Assembly (NCBI RefSeq): GCF_018977255.1
Contig: NW_024704743.1
Coordinates: 41,108,001 to 41,172,000 of the forward strand
Source of the DNA: Callorhinchus milii
Taxonomy: Eukaryota
Length of the DNA stretch: 64,000 bases
Reading direction: 5' to 3'
The position numbers and the translations under genes were made by a program. Each line of letters begins with the position of its first letter. Position 1 is the stretch's first letter. The notes under the pieces are model-generated. The model made no database searches. It saw only the letters and a list, made by a program, of their open reading frames with translations, and was not told the DNA's origin. Below are positions 26,236 to 37,387 of the stretch, one piece after another.

Positions 26236-27544
26236 TGCTGCCTGACCTGCTGATTGTTCCCAGTGACTTCTGTTTTTGCTTACTATGGTTTCCAACCTTG
26301 TCTGAGGAACTCAAGTTGTTGAAATATACCTTATTCAACAAACTAAATTAAGCTTATATAAATAGTATAGCAACCTTAAAGTCAAAAACATAGAGTATAA
26401 ACATTCATCGTTTTTAACCTCATACAACATATGGTGTTGGGAGATGAATGCAGTATGCAATGTGATAATTAACACAAGGATAGGAAGTGTGCCCAAATAC
26501 ATTCTTAAAACCTGTCCTGAACTCCTCCCTCTCCCCCTCAAATTCTGGAAAATGGATCTGCCCAAAGGCTTTTCAGATTCAAATTCACTTTTTTTATAAA
26601 CAGCTGTAAAGCTTACCAAGTGTTTAATTCAAACAATTGGACTAGCTTTTCAAATTTTAATCTTAATGTTATTACTGTATTTGGAGAAGAAACATTATAT
26701 CACTTAGAATAAATGCCTTCAGGAACTTTGCTGTAGCAATTTTTTTGAGGGGGAGTTGGAATCGAGGATCCAAAAAGCTTTCTTATTTTGACCCCAATGT
26801 CGTTGCATTAAATTTCTACCAGAGGTCTACCATTGAAGTGTAATATTCACAAGTGAAGTTTGGATGAAGAAGTTCCTTTGTTCCATTTAATTTTTCCCTT
26901 CCAAAAAACCCATCCTACCATGTTGCTGTTTATATTATCAGCATCACATTATTTCTTAGATCAATCCAGCGCCCTAACCTCAGTCACTGGTAACCAATTC
27001 CAGCTGTTGATTATGCTATGTAAAGAAACACAGTGCATAATATAACATGGAACACAACACTTCGGTTCAACATCTTATTCAGAAGATGGCATCTCTGCTA
27101 ATTCTGTATTCGCCCAGCTCTATCCTAAGATTAAGATCTGGGCTTCTATACATGGAACATCTTTCTAGTATACAATATCTATTCTGAGATGGTTGCCTGA
27201 TTTTCTTTCTACTCTCCAGTTTGCTTATCATCCTTTGTCTTATGCTTTTAAGTTCTCTTTTAAATTTTTTCTCTCTTCCTGTCTGCTCCTCTCGACTTTC
27301 ACTTCCCATAAAATAACTCTTAGCTCCTCTGTCTTCCCTTCTTTGAATGTCTTCCTCCTTATTCTGAGAATGTTACCTATGGATCCTATTTTCTTACTTG
27401 TTCTTTTAAATCTGAAATTGCACCAGAGAATGAGTGAGTCACATCCATGACAATCGTTTCTTCCTCAGAACCTTAAAGCAAATGCAACAGTGAAGAGTGT
27501 AGTCAGGGAAGATGTTACACCCTAAGAGACAAAAGGATGTACAA

Positions 27545-27695
27545 GAGATAGCAAACATATTAAGTGACTGAGGTGTGGTTGAGGCATGGATAGTGGACTA
27601 ATTTAAAAAGCATCTGGGTGATGGGATTGCAGGACAATAGTTTTGAGTGTTCTGCAGTGATAAGATCAGATGGGCCTAGAGCCTTCTTCATCCAA
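27545..27695 (+). mobile_element. Degenerate CR1 3' end
   Basis: GTGGTTGAGGCA...TTTAAAA...AGATGGGCCTAGAGCCTTCTTCATC. Confidence 0.55.
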
Positions 27696-28994
27696 ATCAA
27701 TATTGCAGTCTTTTCAGTGGTTGAATTTAGGGGGATAAAATGGAAAAAAATAGTCAAAGGGAGTTGGAGGGATATTTTAAAGAAAATAAATCAAATTGAG
27801 TATGACATAGTTAGAAGATGTATAAAATGATAAGTCAAAATAAAGTAGACCTACTGACAGTCAAGATATTTAAACTCAAGATTGACATGCCTAACTACTA
27901 AAGATTGCCCAGCACCTCTGAACTATTATTTTGAATCTAGGTGCTGACCTGTACTGTGGACCCAAACATTCGCCAAGACTTCTTTCAACTACGCAAGTCA
28001 CACTTCACCAATCACCATCAGTTTTAGGAGGCTTAGTGAGGTGTCAGACTCGCTCAATTGTAGAACTGTCACCTCTGAGTCAGAAAACTGTGGGTTCAAG
28101 TCCAACAACAGAGAGCAGCAGTTGGCACCATAACAGATATAGCAGGACGAATGACTGTTTTCTATGCTGCCATTTGAATATCACAGAAGAATAGTCCATC
28201 GTTCACTGAGGGCTGTCAATCTTGAGGATATGTTAATTATGCAATACTGCTGTTATATCATGCTGGATGTAACCAGAGGGCATGTGAGAGAAAATTGGAT
28301 AAAGATTTCCATATTTTCTAACCCAGATAGAAATTCTGCAACTTATGGCATTGAAATAAAATCTTTAAAGCATGATTGAAGCAGCAACATTCTACGTGTG
28401 TGCTGTCTTTTCAAATTGAGAGTTTGCTAACAGATTGTAGGACTTGACCTTAAGTCTTCTCTTTCAATCATCTGTCCTTTCCTACTTACCAAGGCATCAC
28501 ACAGGGACACATCCATTATTGCTTAATTCAGATCACAAACTCTGATGCCTTTGCATCTGGGCTTCACCTTTGTGCAACAAAACTTGCGAACTTGGGCTGA
28601 GCTATTGATGCGCAAACAGGTATGGTTGTCATTCTGTGATACAGATGAAAGGTGGCACAATGGTATGTGTTTTGTTTGATAATACAAATCTAATTCATTT
28701 CCAATAAGCAATAACCCTTTTCTGCAAGACTGCATTAATTTATCAGGGAAATCCAAAACAAGATAACACAATTTTCTATTTCAATTATTTTCTTGATATT
28801 GGCAAATTTTCTAAGATGCAAAGGTTTTATTCTGTAATTGCTTCCAGCTTGCAGTAACCTTACAAATAGCTCAAACAACAAAAGAAATTCAACACAGAAG
28901 TTTTTGTAAACAGGGTAATAATATGTGTAAACTGAGCAGAAGTCTCCGACTGCTAGCAGGTCTATGGAGACCGAAGGCACTGTCAAAAAGATGC

Positions 28995-29230
28995 AATTTA
29001 GACAGGGTTTGAAAACAGAGAGAGTGAAAGCAAGGAAGAAGAATTAAAGGAAAGAGTTCCAAATAATAGACAAAGTAGCTGAAACCTCACCCACTGATTG
29101 TGGGAGTAAAGCGGAGGGCATGAAGTAGGCCTGAGTTTGCAGAGATTAAGGAGTGGAAGGGAGCATCGGAGACCACAGAAACAAGACGAGGAAGACTGGA
29201 GATATTTGAAGGGAAGAACAAGAACAGAAT
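28995..29230 (-). mobile_element. Degenerate L2 3' fragment
   Basis: GGAAAGAGTTCCAAA...AGCTGAAA...GAGATATTTGAA, colinear with other minus-strand L2 3' regions. Confidence 0.55.
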
Positions 29231-29231
29231 G

Positions 29232-29640
29232 ACAGTTTGACTCAGTTATTAGCACTCCTGCTTCTGAATCAGAAGGTTGTGGGTTCAAGCCCACATCAGT
29301 GCCTTTGAGCTCATAATCTAGGCTAACAATAAATGCAGTTGAAGATACCTTGGTTAGTCCTGCTTTGCCAGAGGTGTCATCCTTCAAATTAGACATTAAA
29401 CCAAAGTATACATTTGCCTGTACAGGTACATGTTAAAAATCTCATGACATTATTTAAAAAGAGAAGGACATTTTGTCGAGTTCCCTGGCCAATAATTGCC
29501 CTAGAAAAAAAATGGTCATTCATTTCATTGCTGTTTTTGCAACATTGTGTGCAAATAGGCTAAAAATGGTTGCCTCACTACACTTCACAGGAAACAAATG
29601 ACTTGATAACGTCCTATTTTAAATGCAAGAATTATGTTAT
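29232..29640 (+). mobile_element. Deu-domain SINE
   Basis: Head CTCAGTTATTAGCACTCCTGCTTCTGAATCAGAAGGTTGTGGGTTCAAGCCCAC, ATAATCTAGGCT, core AGAGGTGTCATCC...AGACATTAAACC. Confidence 0.75.
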
Positions 29641-29763
29641 TTTACTTACCTATCTTAAAGTCAATCAGTTGTGGAATAGGCAACCACTTGCGCCCAGCGA
29701 GGATAGGAGTGATGAACTTGTAGAATTTCATGCTCGAAACAATATAGGTTAAGGAGTTCTGCA

Positions 29764-30412
29764 TAATAATAATAATCCTTGCATTTCATGTAGCACCTTA
29801 TCATGTCTTCGAGACATCTCAAAATGCTTCAAAGAACATGCTGTAAAGTGAATGTAATATTTTGTAGGCATAGCACAGCAGCCAATTGGCACAAACAGTT
29901 GTGGATTGAGTGACCACATTTTTTTTACTTTCTTTGAGCTGGAGCCTGTAGCGTTTATAGCTTTGGGGAGCAGTGTATTAGAAACATCACATCAAATCAA
30001 CTCAAACTATCATTTTACCCCAAATAAAGAAATTTAAAAGAAGGATTCAGGAGTGAATGCAATTGAACATTACAATATTCGCACGGCTTTTCAGTTTCCT
30101 GCTTGAGTTATGTAATAATAATAATTATCATCCTTACAATTGGTATAGCCATTTCACGTCAAAAGGATGTCCAAAAGTGCTTCACAGGTTGTACTGTAAA
30201 GTGATTGCAGTGACTGTGTTTTTGTGGGTGAATGTGGCAGCCAATTTATGCTCAGCAATGTCTCACAAACAACCATGAAGTGAATGACCAATTTTATTTG
30301 GGGAAATGTTGGCTGGGACAATGAGAGAAACTCCCTTCTCTTTGTGAACAGTACTGCAGGATCTCTAATGTCAGATGGGACCTGCAGATGGGACCTTGGG
30401 TTAACATGTCAA
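29764..30412 (-). mobile_element. Two degenerate SINE 3' portions (29764-29920 and 30113-30412)
   Basis: Each has a (TAA)n-TCCTT tail and GCAGCCAATT. The second continues into the Deu core (GGATCT...GGGACCTTGGGTTAACAT). Confidence 0.7.
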
Positions 30413-31117
30413 CCTTAGGAGGGGATACCCTGGCATCACATAGCCAATGTTTCATCCCCAGGCAAGATTGACAAATTTAAACTTCCAAAGAAAAGCCCAT
30501 TGTGTATAAGGTCAAATTGGGATTCAGATTTATGTATTCTCAACTCCATTGCTGGTCAGGTAAGAGAAATCATTACTTAGCAGGTATCTGACCAAGTGAA
30601 GTTGACTGTATTCCCATGAAACAAGCTTTCTGATGCAGGGCAGCTTGTGTTGCTTCACTTCCCTCTAAGTCTATTCACGCATTCACGCTAACCGCAAATT
30701 TGTTAGCTCAGCAGCTCTCTGCCCAATCAGACTGTGTGCTTTCCTCTGAGCAATTTGTATTCCATTTAAAGAAGAAAACAACACATTACACAGTTTGTAA
30801 AGCACCTGCTGAAATACAGAAGAAACAGCAATCTCATTATTTAATAAACTTTACAGTCTAAGTTAATTAGTGTGATCCTCTGACATGATTCCAGAGTTTT
30901 TCCTGCTACTGTCAGCACCACTGTTACAGGCCCACTGGAGAGGTGGATTTCAGAGCTCTCAGCATGAGATGATGAATGCATGTGTCTTAATCTGCAGTAT
31001 ATAAGGGTAGTATACCCATTCCCTCAAGTTTTAGAATACCCAATGAAAAACCCATGAGAAACAAAGCGCTATAATTTACAAGAAAGAATGAGAAGCAGCT
31101 ATTTTCTTATCAAACAT

Positions 31118-31262
31118 CTCTACACCCTCCTCGCTCCCTCCCTTCCCTCCCCTCACCCTGACCATTTCCCCCCTGCTCGGTTCCTGACCCAACTGTCCAG
31201 CGCCTTGGGACGTCCTCCTGACGTGAAAGGCGCTCTATAAATGAAATCTTGTTGTTGTTGTT
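31118..31262 (+). mobile_element. L2 3' tail fragment (AATCTTG subfamily)
   Basis: Near-identical to the 3' ends at 37388-37530 (-) and 51620-51764 (+). Confidence 0.92.
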
Positions 31263-31315
31263 ACAAAGGAAAGGGTCAAGACAGCATGGGAATCATGGAT
31301 AAACTATTGTTAACA

Positions 31316-31692
31316 TGGATTGCATCCTGTAGTTCAGTGGTTAGAGTACTTGCCACACAAGCGACAAATCTGAGTTTGATTCCCAGCAGGGCATAATGTT
31401 GGGAAAGTTTCCTAACGTCACACGCCTCTGTTTACCTAGCACTTAGTAGGAATCCAGTTGTTAGTTGATTGGCAGAATACATTTTCCGCTGGTAATAATT
31501 AGTTCAAAAAAAAATTAATTTGTCACTTCAATCCGGAACTGTTTGTGGGACACTGTTGTGCGCAATTGGCTGCCCCGTTTTGCCCACAAAACATACAGTC
31601 AATTCACTTTACAGTATGTTCTATGAAGCGCTTTGAGACTCTCAAAGACGTGATAAGGTTCTATATCAAATGCAAGGATTATTATTATTATC
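31316..31692 (+). mobile_element. tRNA-derived SINE, long form
   Basis: Head TCCTGTAGTTCAGTGGTTAGAG, internal CTCTGTTTACCTAGCACTTAGTAGGAATCC, (TTA)n tail. Confidence 0.9.
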
Positions 31693-32959
31693 ATTATCCA
31701 ACTCACTCTGAATTACCTTTTTGGTTGGCCAACAAAATAATCATAGAAATAACAAAACAGCATAGATTTATGCTATAAACCAAAAAAAAATTAATGAAGA
31801 AACATTTATTTTGTTGGCCAAACAATGAGGTTGGCCACCACTGCTCCAATACCTGGGGATAGTTCTACATAGCTAATGCCTTGAAACTATAAGGAAATCA
31901 AGGCAAAAACTGCAAAATATTCATCTCACCTACATCCGCATCATTCAGTTCTGAGCTCCACATTAATATGGTCTTCTTCCATTTTGCAGCTCAGCCATCA
32001 CTGGATTACACTGAATATTTGTTCATTTCAGTCAGTTGTTAAACCTGTATCTTTTAAAGCATCTCTTAAACAAATTGTTATCTAATTCTTCTCAGAGGAA
32101 ATGATTAAGACAAAATTAGTTTCCTTTGTTGGTAATCTGTTCCACTTTCCACTAATGTCTGACTGTCTGTCTCTCTCTGTGTGTCTGTGTGTTGTGTATG
32201 CGAGGAGGGAGAACATTTTTCAGATCGCTGCACTTGTGTCTCAATTAAGTTTCCTTTTGTAAAGAAAATAAACTTGTGCTCTTTGATTTTGCCCTCAGAA
32301 ATTAAATAGCTGTTCATATCTATAAAAATATATCCACACCATCATTGTAAATACCTAAATAGTGCCTTCCTCTCCATTTGTTGTACGGTAAGAATATTTT
32401 TTGATACATGCAAGATTCTCCTCACTATTTATTGCTCCAAGTCCTCAAATCACACTTTTTCCTTTTCTCTGAATTTGCTCCAATTGTTTAAGGCTCTTGT
32501 GAAGGTGGGATGTCAAAATTACATTCTCTTTTCCAAAGTAAAATTGTAAACACTTCATATACTTGGTTGCATTGTCTCTTCTATCCCTTGATTACTGTCA
32601 GATTGTTTTATGAAAAACAAGTTGGCTTATTCTTGAGCGTTAAACTGTTTAACTTAATATATTGTGGAGAGTGAAGAGTAAATCTCTTAGCAATCATGTA
32701 AAACCATGATCTTAATTCTCTTATGCTATAAAACAGGAAATTCACAATTGAGATACCTCGGAACTCTTCATAAATGTCATCTTTCGGTGAAATTATATTG
32801 CTCAAGAAATTAATTTACTGCAGCATCCTCAACGTGAAATATCAGGAAATAATATTTTTTGTGAAAGGATTTACAAAGTGGGATCGCAAATCTTTCCATT
32901 GTTTGTATTTTCCCGCTATCTAGTATAAATTGCATTTGATGGTGCTCCATTATCCAGGT

Positions 32960-33240
32960 AACAATTCAAAGTTACAAAGTGTTTTGATTATGCAAATAGG
33001 GAGAACTATTTTCCATTGCTTGGCAAGTCAGCAGTTGGAGGGAATGAATTGAAGATCAATACCAAAAAGACATATGGAGAGGTTTGGAGAATTGTTTTTA
33101 TCCCACACAAATAAGGTTGAGGTAGAACTCATAATAGTGTTTAAAAGGAACAGAATAAATATCTGAAAAAAATATATCTATAAGCCAGTATCAGAAAAGG
33201 GAAGGGTAGTGGGACTAAGTGGATTGCTCTTTCAGAGCAA
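32960..33240 (+). mobile_element. Degenerate CR1 3' end
   Basis: GGGAGAACTATTTTCCATT...GGAGAGGTTTGGAGAATTGTTTTTA...GGATTGCTCTTTCAGAG. Confidence 0.65.
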
Positions 33241-33244
33241 TGGT

Positions 33245-34240
33245 AACAACAATAACAACAACAAAATTACATTTATAGAGCACCCTTCATGTCGGGAGGA
33301 CATCCCAAAGTGCTGAACAGTCAGGTGTCAGGGTCCGAGCATGGGGGAGGAGTGGTGTAGGGGTGAGGGAAGGCAGAGAGGTGGGAGGGCGACCAAAGAC
33401 ACGGTCTAAGAGAAGGGTCTTGAGACCGGCCTTGAAGGAGGCAATGGAGGAAGCGAGGTGAAGGGACCATGGGATGGAGTTCCAGAGTTATGGGGGCACA
33501 GAGGCTGAAAGCCCAGCCACCGATGGTACGGCGGGTCAGGTGGGAGACATGGAGCAGACCGCAGCCCGCTGAACGGAGGGAGCAGGAAGGCTGGTAGGGA
33601 GTCAGCAGGTCAGAGAGGTAGGAGGGGGGAAGGTGAGGCCGAGGATCTTGAACTTGATCCTCTGGGGTATGGGGAGCCAGTGGAGTCGGGCGAGGGTGGG
33701 AGTCACGGAGCCCGGTGGGTGAGAATACACGAGCTGCAGAGTACATGAGCTGCAGAGTTTTGGATGATGTGCAGCTTGTGAAGGGAAGCGTTGGGAAGGC
33801 CGATGAGGAGGGAGTTCCCGTAGTCGAGCCTTGAGGTGACGAATGCGTGGGTGAGGGTTTCGGCAGCCTGAGGGTTGAGACAGTGGCAGAGTCTGGCGAT
33901 GTTGCAGAAGTGGTGGTAGGCAGTGCCGGTCATGGTGCGGATGTGGGGGAGAAAGGACAGTTCAGGGTCAAACAAGACATCCAGGTTCCTGACTGGTTTA
34001 GTGAGTTTGTGTGTGTAGCCGTGGAGGCTGATGCTGCCAATGCCTGATGTGCGGAGGCACTGGCGTGAGCCAATCAGGAGGGCCTCGGTCTTGCTGACGT
34101 CAAGTTGGAGAAAGTTGGCCCTCGTCCAGGACTTGATGTCGGACAGGCAGTCGGTCAGGACGCCAGTAGTTCTGGAGTTCAGGGTGGAGGCAGAGAGGTA
34201 GAGTTGGGTTTACGTGTGGATACGTGTGGTACACGTGGTA
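33245..34240 (-). mobile_element. L2 3' half
   Basis: ORF 33703-33975 (FDPELSF...SRLDYGNSLLIGLP), (CAA)n tail. Same subfamily as 1035-3574. Confidence 0.95.
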
Positions 34241-34611
34241 CAGATGTAATGGGTCACAATCGCTTTTTTTTGCGAATTTCTATGATTCTATAATCCTTTC
34301 CTATCACATTGAATAGGATCTCAAATATCTCCAATGCATTCTCAAAGCAACAATTTTTTTTAATCTAGGGAATCTACCAGTAAGAAGACACAGGACACTT
34401 CTCTTTGGGAAAGAAGGGAATGATGGCAGCATTTGGGCCTCTCCAAACAACTCACTGAAGAATGACATTGTTTGGCCTAGGCCCAGGTGTAAGTTGCAAT
34501 GCTAAGCTGTTGGCTGGGCAATGGAGTGTATGAACAGAACAGCTCGGAAGTGGTAATAAGGTGAAGAACCTTTTTTACTGGGTGGTCTATCATGGCTGTT
34601 TAAGGACCAAA

Positions 34612-34927
34612 TGGAGTCCTGTAGCTTAGTGTTAAGAGCACTTCCCTTGCAAGCGAGACACCTGGGTTCAATTCCAGGCAGGGCAAAACCTTGGGTAAGT
34701 TTCCTTACTCCACACGCCGAATAATAATCCCTCCAAAAACAAAAACAATAATAAATTGGTCATTTCAATCCACGACTGTTTATGGGACTCTGCTGTGCAC
34801 AATTGGCTGCTGGGTTTCGCCCACAAATGTACGGTCAATTCCCTTTACAGTCTATTCTGTGAAGCGCTTTGAGACGTCGAGAAGAAGTGAAAAGCGCTAT
34901 ATCAAATGCAAGGATTATTATTATTAT
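34612..34927 (+). mobile_element. tRNA-derived SINE, short form
   Basis: Complete head and (TTA)n tail. Confidence 0.93.
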
Positions 34928-35009
34928 AAATTGCTGAAATGTTATTTCTAAGCAATTACAGCCTCTAAAAGTAGAGAACAATAAAAATATAATCCTGATA
35001 ATGTGACAT

Positions 35010-35162
35010 AACGAGAAAATGTTGAGAAAAAAAACATCAGGTTGGCAAATTCTGAAAGGGAATGTTTTGGTCTTGAACCTTCATCAGGAAATGTTAATCT
35101 TTCTCCTTTGAATGTTGATTGATCTGTTGTGCATGAGCAGCATTTTCTGTGCTTTTATTCAA
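35010..35162. mobile_element. Collapsed fold-back Penelope-like terminus
   Basis: Left arm ends in CTTCATCAG (reverse complement CTGATGAAG) and abuts the right arm GAAATGTTAATC...CAGCATTTTCTGT. AGAAAATGTTG and CAGCATTTTCT are inverted. Confidence 0.5.
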
Positions 35163-35459
35163 GACCTTGAAAAATACTGTGAAATGTTAATATTTTCATG
35201 ATGTAAGCTGTGCTGTTTGGTTCCTTTCTTTTGATGGCACCAAAACAGGTTTCATAGAACCATACAATGTTGCAGCATAGAAGCAAGCTATTCAGCCATT
35301 CAACGCTGCTTTTCTTCGCATGAACCACATTCCTATCCCTTGTCCATACATTCTCTTTACAGTTCTTATTTAATAAATCCTTCTAGTTCCCTTGCAAAAT
35401 AATTTTTCTGCTTCACCTACGGTCTGTAACAGAATATCCCACAATGATCCTCTGTATGA

Positions 35460-36072
35460 AGACAGCAATATTAATTGCAACCTACGTGTTTTTAGCTGGT
35501 TAGACTCCATCACTTACCCCAACGCAGATTCTGGAGTGCGCAAGCCTTGGCTCTTGCCAATGTGCGCCTAGTACTTTCTGGAATTGGGTAAGCAGGATGC
35601 ATCCCTCCAAGGAGAGAGCGCAGCACATTATGTTCCAGAAATTTATCTTTGGAATTTCCAAGCATTGGTGAGATGTACGGAATTCCCAGTTTGGTTCTTA
35701 AGCATGTTGATGGGCTTCTGCATGTGGAGTCCTGTAGCTCAGTGGTTAGAGCACTCGCTTTGCAAGTGAGAGACCTGAGTTCAATTCCAGGCAGAGGGCG
35801 AAACCTTGGGCAAGTTTCCTTACTCCACACACCTAATAATAATCCCTCCAAAACCAAAAACAATAATAAATTGGTCATTTTCAATCTACGACTGTTTGTG
35901 GGACATTGCTGTGCGCAATTGGCTGCCACGTTCGCCCACAAATATACAGTCAATTCACTTTACAGTGTGTTCTGTGAAGCGCTTTGGGACATCCTCCCGA
36001 CGTGAAAAGCGCTATATCAAATGCAAGGATTATTATTATTATATATCAGACACCCAACTGACCAGAAAAAAA
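35460..36072 (+). repeat. Unclassified A-tailed repeat, copy 2, split by a SINE (35460-35724 and 36043-36072)
   Basis: ...GGGCTTCTGCATG | SINE | ATCAGACACCCAACTGACCAGAAAAAAA, which reconstitutes the reverse complement of 9903-9940. Confidence 0.72.
35725..36042 (+). mobile_element. Young tRNA-derived SINE, short form
   Basis: Full head with A and B boxes and an anticodon-like arm CTCGCTTTGCAAGTGAG. L2-like tail. Confidence 0.96.
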
Positions 36073-36099
36073 CTTTTTTTCTAAATCCACTTTATCTTT

Positions 36100-36390
36100 T
36101 TATGTGATTATTTTCAATTTGTAGCTTTCTTTACAAACATGCTGACCAGTGGAAAAAAATCTACCACTATCCACCATAACGTAACCATTCATAACTTTGA
36201 AGTTCTCTATCATAACTTTCTTTGGCTCGGTGAAAAAAGCTGTAACTTCTAATTTTTTTCCTTTATAACTGAAAAGCTCTCTTCCCTCATCAATTCCCAG
36301 TGAATCTATACTGCCCCTTCCCCATCCGCCCAAAACTGTACATCTAAGCATTCTGTTTGCTTTTTTTATGGCCTGCACTGCCATCTTTAT
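36100..36390 (-). mobile_element. Degenerate CR1 fragment
   Basis: ORF 36100-36384 (VQAIKKANRML...MIENFKVMNG). Confidence 0.65.
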
Positions 36391-36397
36391 TAACCTT

Positions 36398-36512
36398 TGG
36401 AGTCCTGTACCTTAGTGGTTAGAGCACTCACTTCGCAAGCAAGTGACTTGGGTTCGATTCCCGGCAGGGCAAAATGTTGGGCAAGTTTCCTTACTCCACA
36501 CGGAGTAAGGAA
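36398..36512 (+). mobile_element. tRNA-SINE 5' head only, ending in a perfect fold-back
   Basis: TGGAGTCCTGTACCTTAGTGG...GGTTCGATTCCC...TTCCTTACTCC-ACAC-GGAGTAAGGAA. Confidence 0.85.
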
Positions 36513-37387
36513 CAAAGAAATGGTGTGTTGGGAAATTCTATTCTCCCAACACACCAGTTCTTGCCAGGCTCCACTGGCTCCCTGTTGCAGAATGGATCGA
36601 TTTTAACATCCACACTCGCACTTAGTGCCCTGGCACCTCCCTATCTTTCTCTCTTTTGCTTGAATTATTTACCTCTCTGCTGAATAATTCAGGTATTTTT
36701 TATATAGAGGAAATTGGATCCATCTGTTGGAGCAAATGCAATGGGCATCTTGCTTCTTTGTTGCCTTATAGGTCTCAGCTGTAGTTGCTAAATAAATGGC
36801 ATATAAATATCTGTCACAAAGTGGCCCCACCTGGCACTGACATTTAATTGAAGCAAACTGAATGTCTCTGTGAGATTCTCTTCACTTAATTGATCTACAG
36901 GGAGTGACTGAAGATTCGACAATTAACTGTGCTTTCCCTTCTAGAAAGGTCGCCAGCATTTCACTACTAATGATTGAAGAGGGAAGGTGGGGTGATGGGG
37001 AAATAATAGCTTGTGACTTCAGTGAAGGCGAGAATCAGGTTATTTCTCATTCCAGGTTCAAGTTAAACAAAACAGCAGATGTTGCTTCTAAATAAATGAA
37101 ACACATTGTATATTGCTCTGCAGCTTCAATGATGTCTCGTGAACCAAGCAAAAAAGTAACAGTGTGCAGAGCATTACAGAAGCTGATCGTACTGATTGTC
37201 CAATTCAGTTTCATTGGGCCTAAATTTGCCTGTTGGCAACTGATTTATGAAAAATCTACAGAATAACATTCTATGATGAAATGGTTTTTCGCAGATGCAT
37301 TCAAATGATTTTTGTTTGTGAAAAAATAGTACTTAGGCTGCTTAGGGTGAGTTTGAATGGAAATTGTGTTCTTCTGTTGGATCCTCA

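Larger units (their letters stand above)
25522..26285. mobile_element. Inverted pair of Penelope-like termini (about 25522-25790 minus, about 26040-26285 plus) with hammerhead cores
   Basis: Long inverted homology, e.g. GGCAGGGCAAGGAAGACAAAGGAGAAAATGGG versus CCCATTTTCTCCTTTGTCTTCCTTGCCCTGCC. Core CTGATGA-AGGGTCGTGGAACC-GAAAC at 26183-26208, then AGATGCTGCCTGACCTGCTG. Confidence 0.75.

Noticed and set aside
35725..35800. tRNA-Ala-like gene (A-box, B-box, TGC anticodon-like loop), also at each SINE head
   Set aside because: Always fused to the same SINE body and L2-like tail and lacks a proper acceptor stem, so it is a SINE head rather than a tRNA gene.
35806..36084. Recurrent small ORF MGKFPYST...[12 protein letters not shown], also at 8315, 34691, 53666 and 62497
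   Set aside because: It is a translation of the SINE body. The poly-Tyr comes from the (TAT)n tail.
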